From contig OZ244070.1 of assembly GCA_965215605.1 (NCBI GenBank), positions 3,776,001 through 3,840,000 on the forward strand: DNA of 64,000 nucleotides, written 5' to 3'. Shown here piece by piece: positions 10,894-21,043 of the stretch. The notes beneath the pieces were generated by a model. It made no database searches and was not told the DNA's origin. It saw nothing but the letters and a program-made list of their open reading frames with translations. Within the stretch, counting starts at the first letter, position 1; every line of letters starts with the position of its first letter. The position numbers and the translations under genes were made by a program. The DNA comes from an uncultured Candidatus Binatia bacterium. Lineage in GTDB: Bacteria > Desulfobacterota > Binatia > UBA9968 > JAJDTQ01.

Positions 10894-11820
10894 ATGCTGA
10901 GCCAGCAAGCGATAGCAAAAACGGTCACTGCTCTATGGAAGACAAATCAGTATGATCTGCCCGAGGACTTCAAGTCGTTTCTCCAGGAACAACACGACAA
11001 GGAGACCAGCGAACTGGGGAAGGCCCACCTCAAGGCGAACCTGGACGCGGTGGCCAGCGCCTCGGCCCGGAGCATGCCTTTCTGCGCCGATACCGGGCTT
11101 CTGACCTACTACGTCGGCCTGGGCACCGCCGTAATCGGCGACATCGAGGGCGGCTGCCAGGCGCTGGAACGCACCCTTCGCGAGGTCAGCGCCGAGGTCA
11201 CTTCGGAAATCCCCTTGCGGCCCAACGCGGTCCATCCCCTCACGCGCCACAACCCCAACACCAACCAGGGTCCGGGTTGCCCGGACATCAAGGTGCGGGT
11301 AGTGCCCGACGCCGACTACCTGGAGATCACCAACGTGGCGGTGGGCGGCGGCCCCGAGTTGGTGGGCAGCAAGTTCACCGTGCTGCCGCCCACCGCGGGC
11401 GAGAAGGGCGTGCGGAAGTTCGTGGTGGAGTCCACTATCAACCTGGTGCGCCTCGGCGCCACCTGCTCGCCCAACCTGGTGGGGGTGGGGCTGGGCGGCA
11501 CCTTCGAAACCTGCACCCGGATGGCCAAGGAAGCCGCCATCCTGCGTCCGGTGGGGGACCGCAATCCCGACCCCGAGCTGGCCCGGCTCGAGGACCAGCT
11601 CATGGACGACATCCTCAGGCTGAAGCTGGGTCCCATGGGCATGGGCGGCGCCACCTCGGCCTTCGACGTCCACCTGGAAATGGCCTACTGCCACATGGCG
11701 ACCCTGCCGGTGGCGGTCTACCTCCAGTGCGCCGCCATGCGCCGCACCACCGTGCGCATGTACGCCGACGGCCGGGTCGAGAGCCTGCCGCTGTCGAGTT
11801 GGATGGAGCGGGACCCATGA
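10894..11820 (+). CDS. Fe-S hydro-lyase alpha subunit (class I fumarate hydratase / tartrate dehydratase alpha)
   Basis: PFCADTG, LRPNAVHPL, GGGPE, CSPNLVGVGLGG, LGPMGMGG, and HMATLPVAV..QC. Confidence 0.88.
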   Translation: MLSQQAIAKTVTALWKTNQYDLPEDFKSFLQEQHDKETSELGKAHLKANLDAVASASARSMPFCADTGLLTYYVGLGTAVIGDIEGGCQALERTLREVSAEVTSEIPLRPNAVHPLTRHNPNTNQGPGCPDIKVRVVPDADYLEITNVAVGGGPELVGSKFTVLPPTAGEKGVRKFVVESTINLVRLGATCSPNLVGVGLGGTFETCTRMAKEAAILRPVGDRNPDPELARLEDQLMDDILRLKLGPMGMGGATSAFDVHLEMAYCHMATLPVAVYLQCAAMRRTTVRMYADGRVESLPLSSWMERDP

Positions 11821-11871
11821 CCCGCGGGCAATGCCATCGTACACGGGACGGCATGACCTTCACTCGGGGTC

Positions 11872-12627
11872 TTGCTGTTTGACACCGCCACTGTCCTGGC
11901 CATCGCCGGAACCTTCCTGATCGCGGGCACGGTCAAAGGGGTCATCGGTCTTGGCCTTCCGACCGTGAGCCTCGCCCTTCTGGCGGTGGCGCTCCATCTG
12001 CCGAATGCCATGGCCGTGCTCCTCGTGCCATCCTTCGTGACCAACGTCTGGCAGGCCCTGGCCGGCGGCCATGGCCGAGTCCTCCTTCACCGGATCTGGC
12101 CGTTTCTGCTGGTGGCGGCGGGCACGGTACAGTTGGGAGCAATGGCGCTGACGCGGGTCGATCCCTCGCTGCTCACAGCGCTCCTCGGGTTGCTGCTCGT
12201 GGCGTACGCCGCCGCGAATCTGGCCGGACTGCGGTTCCGGCTGGAAGCCCGTCATGAGGGGTGGGCAGGGGCCTCGTTGGGACTTGTCAACGGAGTGCTG
12301 GCGGGAATGACGGGATCCTTCGGGATCCCTGGGGTGATGTACCTTCAGGCCCTCGGGCTGTCGAGAGACGCGCTGATCCAGGCCATGGGCATGCTCTTCA
12401 CGGTATCGACGCTGGCCCTTGGTTTCGCGCTTCAGGCCGGCAACCTGCTGCGACTCGAGCACGGTGTCCTTTCCACCATGGCCCTGGTGCCCGCTCTTGT
12501 GGGAATGGTCATCGGGCAGCGAATTCGGAAACGGCTCTCGGAGCAGTTGTTCAGGAAGATATTCTTCTTTTCCCTCCTTGCGCTGGGCGCCTACCTCGCC
12601 TCCCGCGCATTCGCTGGCTTGCAATGA
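11872..12627 (+). CDS. Sulfite exporter TauE/SafE family membrane protein
   Basis: AGTVKGVIGLG and GVLAGMTG motifs with about 8 hydrophobic segments; TTG start uncertain. Confidence 0.8.
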   Translation: MLFDTATVLAIAGTFLIAGTVKGVIGLGLPTVSLALLAVALHLPNAMAVLLVPSFVTNVWQALAGGHGRVLLHRIWPFLLVAAGTVQLGAMALTRVDPSLLTALLGLLLVAYAAANLAGLRFRLEARHEGWAGASLGLVNGVLAGMTGSFGIPGVMYLQALGLSRDALIQAMGMLFTVSTLALGFALQAGNLLRLEHGVLSTMALVPALVGMVIGQRIRKRLSEQLFRKIFFFSLLALGAYLASRAFAGLQ

Positions 12628-12673
12628 CCGGGGCGTCCACATAGGCTCCACAAGGTTCCGGGAGGAACATGAC

Positions 12674-13285
12674 ATGAAGTCCGTCCATCTGCAGAGCCCG
12701 ATATCCGAGGAAGCCCTGCGCGCTCTCGACGCCGGCGATTCGGTCACCGTCAGCGGACGCCTGTTCACCTGCAGGTCGCTGACCTACGATCGCCTGATCG
12801 ATCCCGAGGCGGGGGAGGGCGTGCGCAACCGCCTAAGGGCGCTCGGTGCCGAGACCGTGTTCCACAGCGGCCCGCTGGTCAAGGAAGGGCCGGACCACGC
12901 CGAGATGATCGCCATGGTGCCCATGCCGAGCTGGCTCGCCGGACGCGAGAAGATCGAGAAGGCCGTCGGCCTGTTGGGTCTCAAGCTGATCATCGGCAAG
13001 GGCATGCTCGAAGGGCTGGAAGAGTTCTGCAAGAAGGCCGGCTGCGTGCACCTCGTATGCGCCGGCAACTATAACGAGTACGCCTCGAGCGTCGTCAAGG
13101 TTATCGAATGCGCCTGGCCCGAGCTGGGCCGGCCCGAGGCCATGTGGATCGTGGAGGCGGACGGTTTGGGCCCTCTCATCGTCGACGCCGACACCAAGGG
13201 CAGAAGCCTGTATCAGGACATCGACGTGGAGTTCAAGTCCGACGCCGCGGCGTTGCTGGAGGAGTTGGGGATCGACTTGGACTAA
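12674..13285 (+). CDS. Fe-S hydro-lyase beta subunit (fumarate/tartrate hydratase beta)
   Basis: LDAGDSVTVSG, FHSGP, IIGKG, ELGRPEAMW, and GPLIVDADTKGRSLY; GGAGG RBS. Confidence 0.85.
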   Translation: MKSVHLQSPISEEALRALDAGDSVTVSGRLFTCRSLTYDRLIDPEAGEGVRNRLRALGAETVFHSGPLVKEGPDHAEMIAMVPMPSWLAGREKIEKAVGLLGLKLIIGKGMLEGLEEFCKKAGCVHLVCAGNYNEYASSVVKVIECAWPELGRPEAMWIVEADGLGPLIVDADTKGRSLYQDIDVEFKSDAAALLEELGIDLD

Positions 13286-13544
13286 CGGATACCGACCAGC
13301 TCGGCGAATGCCCGATCGGTGCGGAAAATCCGAGGGACCCCGGAGCCGGGCTCGGGAGAATACGCGTGCCGGCGTGGGACACGGGTGACAACCGCGAAAC
13401 GCCGGCGTGTCCGTCATGGCTATTGGGGTCCCCTGCTTGGCCACGCTGGTTTACGATCCTCAAGTGATCCTGTACGATCCTTGAAGATATCCGGCATCCA
13501 GGCAACGGATGCCACGGGTGGTAATGATGCGACAGCCTCAATTC

Positions 13545-16500
13545 ATGGAACGCCGGCTACGTTCCGGAAGGGTCCGTCATCATTCTGGACGCGGCGGTAT
13601 TCTGGTTCATGTTTTGTGCGCCTTCCTGGCCTTGAGTCAGGCGAGCTTCGCGTTTGCTCAGCAGATGACGGAGGAGGAGAAGCAAGAGCAGAAGGAACTC
13701 GAGAAGCTCATCGGCAAGGAAAAGGACATCCAGTTCAAAACAGAGAGCTCGGACAAGGGCAAGGATGGTTTCGGTTCGGTCAAAGGTGATCCGAAGAGCC
13801 ATGACCCCGGGACCGATCCGAAGACACAGGAAATGATCCGAACTTATGAGGACCAGGTTGACACCACGCCTGGCACCAAGCTCGACCGGGCTGTCACACA
13901 CCGTTCTTCCGTCCATCTAGAAGGTGAGCTCAAGAAGCAGGTCGCCCGACTGGGCGGAAGCGTCCCGGCCGATGACATAGACCAGCACGTGGTCTTTCGA
14001 CCGAGTGAGGCCGCCAAGACCGACGCCGCGCTGAAAGATTGGGAGAAGAAACACTGGCGGCAACTGATCCGCGACCACAAGACGGAGCAGCTAAAACAGT
14101 CGCTACTGAGTCACGTCGAAGCGCCGCCAACCAAGCCTGTAGAACCAGGCTCGGGCGAAACCGGCCGCTTGAGCGGCAAGGGCGGCGGCCAGTCCCCCCA
14201 TAAGTCAAAGTTTTTCCAGATGATGCAGGCTGCGGGTGCGCTCAAGAAACCCGCGCCGGACAGCGCCAAGTCCACCGCCGCCCCCGGAAGCCAGGTCGCC
14301 TCCAAGGGTTCCACCCCAGGCGCCTCGCCAGCATCCGGAGGAATGCCGGGTTCACAGGCCAGCCGCCAGCCCTCAACCGCCAAGACCGCCGCTCCCAAGG
14401 GCGCAACAGCAGCGGGCGCGAAATCCACCGCCGCCCCCGGAAGCCAGGTCGCCTCCAAGGGTTCCACCCCAGGCGCCTCGCCAGCATCCGGAGGAATGCC
14501 GGGTTCACAGGCCAGCCGCCAGCCCTCAACCGCCAAGACCGCCGCTCCCAAGGGCGCAACAGCAGCGGGCGCGAAATCCACCGCCGCCCCCGGAAGCCAG
14601 GTCGCCTCCATGGGTTCCACCCCAGGCGCCTCGCCAGCATCCGGAGGAATGCCGGGTTCACAGGCCAGCCGCCAGCCGCCAACCGCCAAGACCGCCGCTC
14701 CCAAGGGCGCAACAGCAGCAGGCGCCAAGTCCACCGCCGCCCCCGGAAGCCAGGTCGCCTCCATGGGTTCCACCCCAGGCGCCTCGCCTCCATGGGTTCC
14801 ACCCCAGGCGCCTCGCCAGCATCCGGAGGAATGCCGGGTTCACAGACCAGCCGCCAGCCCTCAACCGCCAAGACCGCCGCTCCCAAGGGCGCAACAGCAG
14901 CGGGCGCCAAGTCCACCGCCGCCCCCGGAAGCCAGGTCGCCTCCATGGGTTCCACCCCAGGCGCCTCGCCGCATCCGGAGGAATGCCGGGTTCACAGACC
15001 CAGCCCCCAACCGCCAAGCAACCGTCAGGGCGCAACAGCAGACCGCCGGAAGCCAGGTCGCCTCCATGGGTTCCACCCCAGGCGCCTCGTCAGCATCCTC
15101 CCAAGGGCGCAAGAACAGCAGCAGCGGGCGCCAAGTCCACCGCCGCCCCCGGAAGCCAGGTCGCCTCCATGGGTTCCACCCCAGGCGCCTCGTCAGCATC
15201 CGGGGGAATGCCGGGTTCACAGGCCAGCCGCCAGCCGTCTTCCGTCCAGAGCACGGCTGGACAGCCTACATCGACGCCATCGGGCACCGGTACCGCTCGG
15301 AGAGGCCAGATTGCGAGTCTGCAGCAACCCGCCGACTCAGCGACCTCGAGTGGCACATCGCCAGGGAATGCCGAGGCCGGACGTACCCCGCCCTCGGCCG
15401 GGACAGGAACACAGGGGGCAGGGCAGTCAACTGGCGACCCTCTGGCCTCGTCGTTTGGAACTCAATTCAGCTTTGAAAGGGAGCGGCAGGCGCTGACCGC
15501 ACCGGACTCCGGCCCGGACGCGGCGACTCAGGGGGCGCAGCCGCCCGGTTCAACGTCGGCGGACCGACGGGTGGCCGCTCTCGCCGATCCATCGAAACCC
15601 GGAGGCTCTCACGCTGCCAGCGGAGAAGGCAGCCCCGGAGAACCCTCACGTTCCGGCACGACGGAACTCGCGGTTGCCGGCGACCAGGTCCACGGGGCCG
15701 GCACTGGCGAGAAGCCGCCTGGACAGAGCCCGGGAGACGGTTCCGAACAGCAATTGTCCGAAGCCGGCAAAACGCCGGACGACCAGAGCGGCATACCGTC
15801 CGGTACCGAAACCGCCGCGGCACCCTCCAGCGGACCGGAAACCGGGACCCGCGAGGTGACATCCGGCGATACGCCCGATGTCACCTCGCGGGACAGTGCG
15901 TCCAAGGAGCCCGAAGGAACCGGCTCCGAACAGTCGACCCAGGTGGCCGTTCCCTCGCCCCACGATCACACCGGGGATGCAACCGCGGGTACAGAGTCGG
16001 GTGGCGACGACCGGCCAAGCACCAGCGGGAGTGATTCCGAACCCCAGGAAGTTGCCGAGCGCGCCAGCGCCCCCGAGGGCGAGCGTCCGCGCATCGCCGA
16101 TAAAACGGCCCTCTCCCCGGAGGAAATGGATAAAGCCCTCGATGCCGTAGACAAGCTCGAGAAGGGCGAGGTCCTTGCCGAAGCGGACCGGGAACTCCTC
16201 CGAAGACTCGGAGCCGAGGTGGCGGGCGAAAACCGTTCCGCAAACGAGTATGACACGTTGGCCTCCCGTTGCCATGGTGTTGCCAAAGACTTCAAGGAAA
16301 TGGAGGAGGAAAACAAGGAGCGCCTGGGCACTTTCTATAAGGTTGCCACCTCGGCGGCTGCCGTTGACGAGGGGTATCCTGTGGCATCCAAACTCTTTCT
16401 CAAGACTGTTGCCGCTGTCCCAGCGGGGGCCGAGGCGAAGCAGGTGGCGAATGCCGGCAAACACACCATCGAGACAACCGAAGACCTTACGTCAAAATCG

Positions 16501-16998
16501 ATGGTTGAGACCCTGGAAAATGTAGCCGAGCGGGCCGCTGAGTTTCTTCCGGCACCTATTGATGATCGTCTGCAGGCTGCGGCCGAAGGCTTGCGGTCGA
16601 GGCGACAACTCAAGGAACTCTCCAGGTTGGACCCCGACTCTGCAGAATACAAAGCCAAGGTACGGCAGTTCGCGGAGGAAAAGAAGTCCAGGCTGGCAAG
16701 GAGACAGTGCCGATCGCTCAAAGGGATCGCGTTGGGCGAGGAGGGGTGTAGACTGGCCTTTGCGGGGGAGTCCGCTGTTGTCGCTGGAGGAAAGATCGGG
16801 GCAAGTCTGCATGACAACCTCGCTTGGAGCAAGGCCGAGAACCAGAGGCGGGAAGCTGCCGAGCAGTATGCCCTGAAGCGTAGAATCGAGTTCCAAGAAT
16901 GCGCCCGGATCGAGAGGTTCAAGGCGCAACTGGCACGGTGCCGGGATGGATACGCCGGGTGTCCGTTTTCCTCGGCGAGCCCCTTGCGCCCGGAGTAG
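13545..16998 (+). CDS. Large secreted low-complexity tandem-repeat protein, reading frame broken within the repeat array
   Basis: The N-terminal frame (ORF 13509) has a signal-peptide-like ...LCAFLALSQASFAFAQ. The repeat peptide continues in ORFs 14792 and 14236, and the latter carries the S/T/G/E-rich stalk and a Cys-containing helical C-terminus to 16998. Confidence 0.6.
14265..15237 (+). repeat. 153-bp (51-aa) tandem repeat array, about 6 copies, last ones degenerate
   Basis: Unit starts at 14265, 14418, 14571, 14724, 14906 (153+29-bp internal duplication) and 15130. Unit peptide is AKSTAAPGSQVASKGSTPGASPASGGMPGSQASRQPSTAKTAAPKGATAAG. Confidence 0.95.
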
Positions 16999-17006
16999 CC
17001 CCTGCC

Positions 17007-17321
17007 TTGATTATCAAGATCGGAAGAGCGCCGGGAAACGACTTCGTCATCGAGAATCCCACCGTGTCGCGTGAACACGCGGTGCTGGAGATCGAGGACG
17101 GGCAGATCGTCCTGCGGGATATCGGCAGCAAGTCGGGAACCTACGTGCTGGTCAACGGCAAGCCGGAACGGACCACCTATACGGTGGTCGCCGAGAACAC
17201 TTCGATCATGGTCGGGAACGAGCGTCTGCGCATCCACGACGTAGTTGACGCGGCATCCCGGAAGAGCCGCAAGGTCACCTACGTTCGCAACCCGATGACG
17301 GGCGAGATCGAGAAGCGATGA
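17007..17321 (+). CDS. FHA domain protein
   Basis: IKIGRAPGNDFVIENPTVSREHA..LRDIGSKSGTYV contains the GR and SxxH FHA motifs; TTG start after GGAG. Confidence 0.85.
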   Translation: MIIKIGRAPGNDFVIENPTVSREHAVLEIEDGQIVLRDIGSKSGTYVLVNGKPERTTYTVVAENTSIMVGNERLRIHDVVDAASRKSRKVTYVRNPMTGEIEKR

Positions 17322-18064
17322 AGCGGTTGTCATTTGCCGTTGGCGCCGCATGCCTGGCCGTCGTCCTGCTGTGCGCGATGCATCTCTACCTCTCGGACTC
17401 CGCGGCCAAGATTGTCCTGGACCGGGGCGGTCGGACGTACCCGTTCTCGGTCCAGAACGTCATGTGGATCATCTTCTTTGTCGGGCTGGCGGAAATCGTT
17501 CTCCGCTACCTCGAGGCGAGAGAGGAGGGCAGACAGCTCGGTTTCCGGTATCTGCCGGAGGACGAGGAGACGCTTCTCGTCGCGACCGACCTTCCGGCGG
17601 TGTACAAGAAGGTCTCCCTCGCCACGGGCTCCGACTACCTCTTCCTGCCGTCGCTCATCAAGCGAATCATCTCGGTGTTCCAGACCACGAAATCGGTCGA
17701 GAATGCGAGCGCCGTGCTCAACAGCAGCATCGATCTGCGCTCCCACGACCTCGACCTGAAATACAACATTCTGCGCTATGTCATGTGGGTCATTCCGACC
17801 CTCGGCTTCATCGGCACGGTGATCGGGATCTCGGATGCGCTGGCCTACGCAGGCGAGCCTGGGCGCAGCCAGGACCCCAATCTGCTGACCGAGCTCACGG
17901 CCCGGCTGGCGGTGGCATTCTATACGACGCTGGTTGCACTGGTGATGTCCGCCTTTCTCGTCCTCGTCATGAACGTGGTGCAGAGCTTCGAGGAGCGGAT
18001 CATCAACAGGTGCGGCCAGTATTGTCTGGATAATCTGGTCAATCGACTCTACAAGGTAGAATAG
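17318..18064 (+). CDS. MotA/TolQ/ExbB proton channel family protein
   Basis: IPTLGFIGTVIGIS and LAVAFYTTLVAL signature helices; N-terminal TM segments. Confidence 0.88.
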   Translation: MKRLSFAVGAACLAVVLLCAMHLYLSDSAAKIVLDRGGRTYPFSVQNVMWIIFFVGLAEIVLRYLEAREEGRQLGFRYLPEDEETLLVATDLPAVYKKVSLATGSDYLFLPSLIKRIISVFQTTKSVENASAVLNSSIDLRSHDLDLKYNILRYVMWVIPTLGFIGTVIGISDALAYAGEPGRSQDPNLLTELTARLAVAFYTTLVALVMSAFLVLVMNVVQSFEERIINRCGQYCLDNLVNRLYKVE

Positions 18065-18067
18065 GTT

Positions 18068-18688
18068 ATGTTCAGACGGAAACGGAACACAAGCAAGGCG
18101 CCCGAGATTCCGGCCGTCTCCCGGAACCAGGAAATCGACGAGGACGAGACGATCGTCATCGACCTGTCCGAGCCGCACCAGCCGGGCCCCGAGGCCGTCA
18201 CGCTGGAACTGCCGGAAGAGGTCGAGGTGTCCGTATCGTCACCCGCTCTCGGGACCCCCGATGAAACGGTGGTGCTCACGGCCGGGTCGCGCGCAACCGC
18301 GCCGCCGCCGCCGGCCGGACCCGCCCCCGGGCCCATGTCCGCGGTCGACCCCGGCAATCGCGCCGGGTGGCTCGTGGTGGTTTCCGATTCCGGTTTCGGC
18401 CGCGCCTTCGGCCTGTCTCTCGGGCGCAGCACCGCCGGCCGCTCGGCGGCAAATGCCATATCGATCGACTGGGACGTGGCCGTCTCGGCCGAGGCGCATG
18501 CCATCATCGCCGCGGACCCGAAGTCCCGGAAGTTCTACGTCGTTGCCGGCAACTCGACCAATCTTGCCTATCTGAATGGCGCGCCGATCCTTAATACCGA
18601 GGAAATGTCCGATGGCGACAGGCTTCAGATCGGTGAGACCGAGATGGTGTTCGTCCAGCTCTTCGGCAAGTATGTCGACTGGCGCTGA
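18068..18688 (+). CDS. FHA domain protein with Pro/Glu-rich N-terminal linker
   Basis: GWLVVVS..GRAFGL..GRSAANAISID...VSAEAHA...TNLAYLNG...GDRLQIGET. Confidence 0.8.
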   Translation: MFRRKRNTSKAPEIPAVSRNQEIDEDETIVIDLSEPHQPGPEAVTLELPEEVEVSVSSPALGTPDETVVLTAGSRATAPPPPAGPAPGPMSAVDPGNRAGWLVVVSDSGFGRAFGLSLGRSTAGRSAANAISIDWDVAVSAEAHAIIAADPKSRKFYVVAGNSTNLAYLNGAPILNTEEMSDGDRLQIGETEMVFVQLFGKYVDWR

Positions 18689-18708
18689 GGGCATCGGAAA
18701 GGTGCGAG

Positions 18709-19425
18709 GTGCGGATCGCCGCATCGAAAATCCGCTATCAGGGAACCCGTGATTCACAGGAGGATTTCGTCAGCCTGTTGTCGATCCGCAACCGGGGACA
18801 CGCCGCGGTCGGCGGGATACTGACCGACGGCATCGGCGGGCTGCCTGGCGGCGGCGATGCAAGCGCTACGGTGAACGCCTTCAGCCGGGCCTGGCTCGCG
18901 GACGAGTTGCCCGCGGTGGTGGAGGGCGATGTCGAAATCGAGAGTTGCCTCCGCCGCCTGCCGGCGGCGGCCGATGAGGCGCTGGCCTGTTACCAGTCGG
19001 AGAGCGGTATCCCTGACTGCGGAACCACATTGGTTGCCGCGGTTGTCCTCGATGAGGTCTGCCACTTCGTCTCGGTGGGCGATTCCCTGGTGCTTGCCAT
19101 CAACGCGGACCGAACGCTCACCCGTCTCAATCAACTTCACAACGCCGAGTTGGACGGGAGAGCGGCGCTGACCGCCGCGATTCTCGGACGCGGCATCAAG
19201 GCCATCGATCAGGGCAAGGCCCGTCTCGGCCCGGGCGGCCATCACAGCATCCTGCTGGCCTCGGACGGGATCCGGACACTTCGCGATGACGAGGTCGTCG
19301 CGGAATTGGACCATGCCTCCGAGGGCCCGTTGCGCCAAGTCGTGGACAGGGTGCGCCGCAAGCAGGCGGTGCGGCAGGACAATCTGGCAATGGCGCTGTT
19401 CCGCGTAGTGGCCGTCGGGACATAG
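18709..19425 (+). CDS. PP2C-family Ser/Thr protein phosphatase
   Basis: QGTRDSQED, TDGIGG, GTTLV, SVGDS, LASDG, and QDN motifs. Confidence 0.88.
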   Translation: MRIAASKIRYQGTRDSQEDFVSLLSIRNRGHAAVGGILTDGIGGLPGGGDASATVNAFSRAWLADELPAVVEGDVEIESCLRRLPAAADEALACYQSESGIPDCGTTLVAAVVLDEVCHFVSVGDSLVLAINADRTLTRLNQLHNAELDGRAALTAAILGRGIKAIDQGKARLGPGGHHSILLASDGIRTLRDDEVVAELDHASEGPLRQVVDRVRRKQAVRQDNLAMALFRVVAVGT

Positions 19426-19531
19426 GACAGGGTCCCTGCAACCGTCTTCAGGCTCATCTTCGGCTTGCGGGCTGGAAGCCGTTTGGATATGGATACGGGC
19501 GGACACGGCTCGATTCGGGAGGGGGAATTGC

Positions 19532-21043
19532 ATGTTCAGAATCTTTTGTTCCGTAGCTTCCATGCTCGTTCTGGCTGGATGTATGGGAGGACTCGGAGGG
19601 TCCTGGGGCCCGGGCGCCGACGACAAGACACCGGTAAGAATCGAACCCGCCAAGTTCCGTGGCCTGCCCGTGGTAAGGGTGAGCTTCGTCGCCAGTGTCG
19701 ACGCTTCGGCCCGATTGCGCTACCAGGATGCCTACTGGAAGAATCCGATTCCCTCCCGCGCCAGCGACGAGTCCGAGGAGGGAGACGTCGCTACCAAGCC
19801 GGCCGACGGCAGCACGGCGGAGATCAACTTCAACGCGATGGAATCGAAGAACGTCTTCTACGCGTTTCATCTCGCCAAGTATCTGGAGGCCCGCGGCAGG
19901 GGGACCTACCTCGTCTTCCTCAATCCGGAAGTAGTGAAACACGACGACACCCGAGGGTTCTACCGTGAATCCTACGAAGACGGCCTGCCTCCGCATGACG
20001 TGGATGTCAGCTTCGGAGCCTATGTCCATCCGGACACCAAGCCGTCGAACGTGGTCGACACCACCTACGGCGAGTGGATCGCGCCGATCATTTCGGTACG
20101 CGTCGACAAGGCGTTCTCTTCCGCTACCGCCGGAGCGGTGGGACTTCCGGACCGGCTGACCTCGTATGCCGCCGACAGCGACGGCTACGGCGCGCGCGCG
20201 CAACTGGTGGATTTCCTCAATGCCAGGATCGGCAGGCCGACGGCGGTCAACCCGGGCACGGCGCGGGACAGCGGCAAACTCGCCGCCGGGGAATTCTACG
20301 CGCTCCCATCCGGTGAGGCCAGGTTGTCCGAGGGCGGGATCCCGAAGGAGGAGTTGACTGCGCAGGAGCTCGACGCGGTGTCCTACAATCCAGGCCGGCT
20401 CGACGCGTTCCCCGTCTACAAGGGCGTCCATCGGATTGTCGAGGTGGCGCTTGCCAAGGTCGACAATTCGAGGACGGCAACTCGTTCCCAGGAGGACTAC
20501 TGGGCGTTCTACGGCGAACCGAATGCGTCGACCATCGTCCTGCAGCGTAGCGACCGGGGCAAGCGTCGTTTTCTGGTCCGGGCGCGGCAGGCGGAACTTC
20601 AGTATCTTCGAGACCGGGATCGCAACTGGATGGAGGCGGTTCTGAACACATCCGACTTCACTTCCGGCTTCAACGAGTTGCGCGAGGCGGAGTTGAAGGC
20701 TCGGAACGAATTCGTCCAGGCCCGGATGAAGCAGGGACTAGGCGCGCTGCTGGCGGTAGGTGGTGCATTCGCTGCTGTCGGCGGCGCGCAAAGCGACAAT
20801 CCCCTCGCTACCGGAGCCGGGATGGCGATGGTCGGCACGGGGCTCACCATGGCTATATCGGCGCAGACGGTCATCGACCGTATCAACCAGGGGTTCGACA
20901 CCGCCTTCAGCAACTCCTACAATTCGCAACGGGACTATATCGTGGAGTTCGAGGAAGCCGAAAGGGAGACGATCAGGGCGCGCAACTATGAGGACTTCAG
21001 GAAACAACTCAAGAACCGCTACGCCAAGCGTTTTGGAGCGTAA
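19532..21043 (+). CDS. Putative lipoprotein with C-terminal glycine-rich hydrophobic hairpin
   Basis: Lipobox LVLAGC; C-terminal GLGALLAVGGAFAAVGG...GAGMAMVGTGL. Confidence 0.65.
   Translation: MFRIFCSVASMLVLAGCMGGLGGSWGPGADDKTPVRIEPAKFRGLPVVRVSFVASVDASARLRYQDAYWKNPIPSRASDESEEGDVATKPADGSTAEINFNAMESKNVFYAFHLAKYLEARGRGTYLVFLNPEVVKHDDTRGFYRESYEDGLPPHDVDVSFGAYVHPDTKPSNVVDTTYGEWIAPIISVRVDKAFSSATAGAVGLPDRLTSYAADSDGYGARAQLVDFLNARIGRPTAVNPGTARDSGKLAAGEFYALPSGEARLSEGGIPKEELTAQELDAVSYNPGRLDAFPVYKGVHRIVEVALAKVDNSRTATRSQEDYWAFYGEPNASTIVLQRSDRGKRRFLVRARQAELQYLRDRDRNWMEAVLNTSDFTSGFNELREAELKARNEFVQARMKQGLGALLAVGGAFAAVGGAQSDNPLATGAGMAMVGTGLTMAISAQTVIDRINQGFDTAFSNSYNSQRDYIVEFEEAERETIRARNYEDFRKQLKNRYAKRFGA

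Noticed and set aside
11818-11820. Other TGA stops (e.g. hydratase alpha) as selenocysteine codons
   Set aside because: These proteins appear complete at the stop, and I saw no conserved in-frame continuation.
14265-15237. CRISPR array
   Set aside because: The units are 153-bp coding tandem repeats without unique spacers, and no cas genes are present.
14236-15476. Two genuinely overlapping genes (13509..15476 and 14236..16998)
   Set aside because: The overlap consists of out-of-frame translations of the repeat unit; one frameshifted gene is the simpler explanation.
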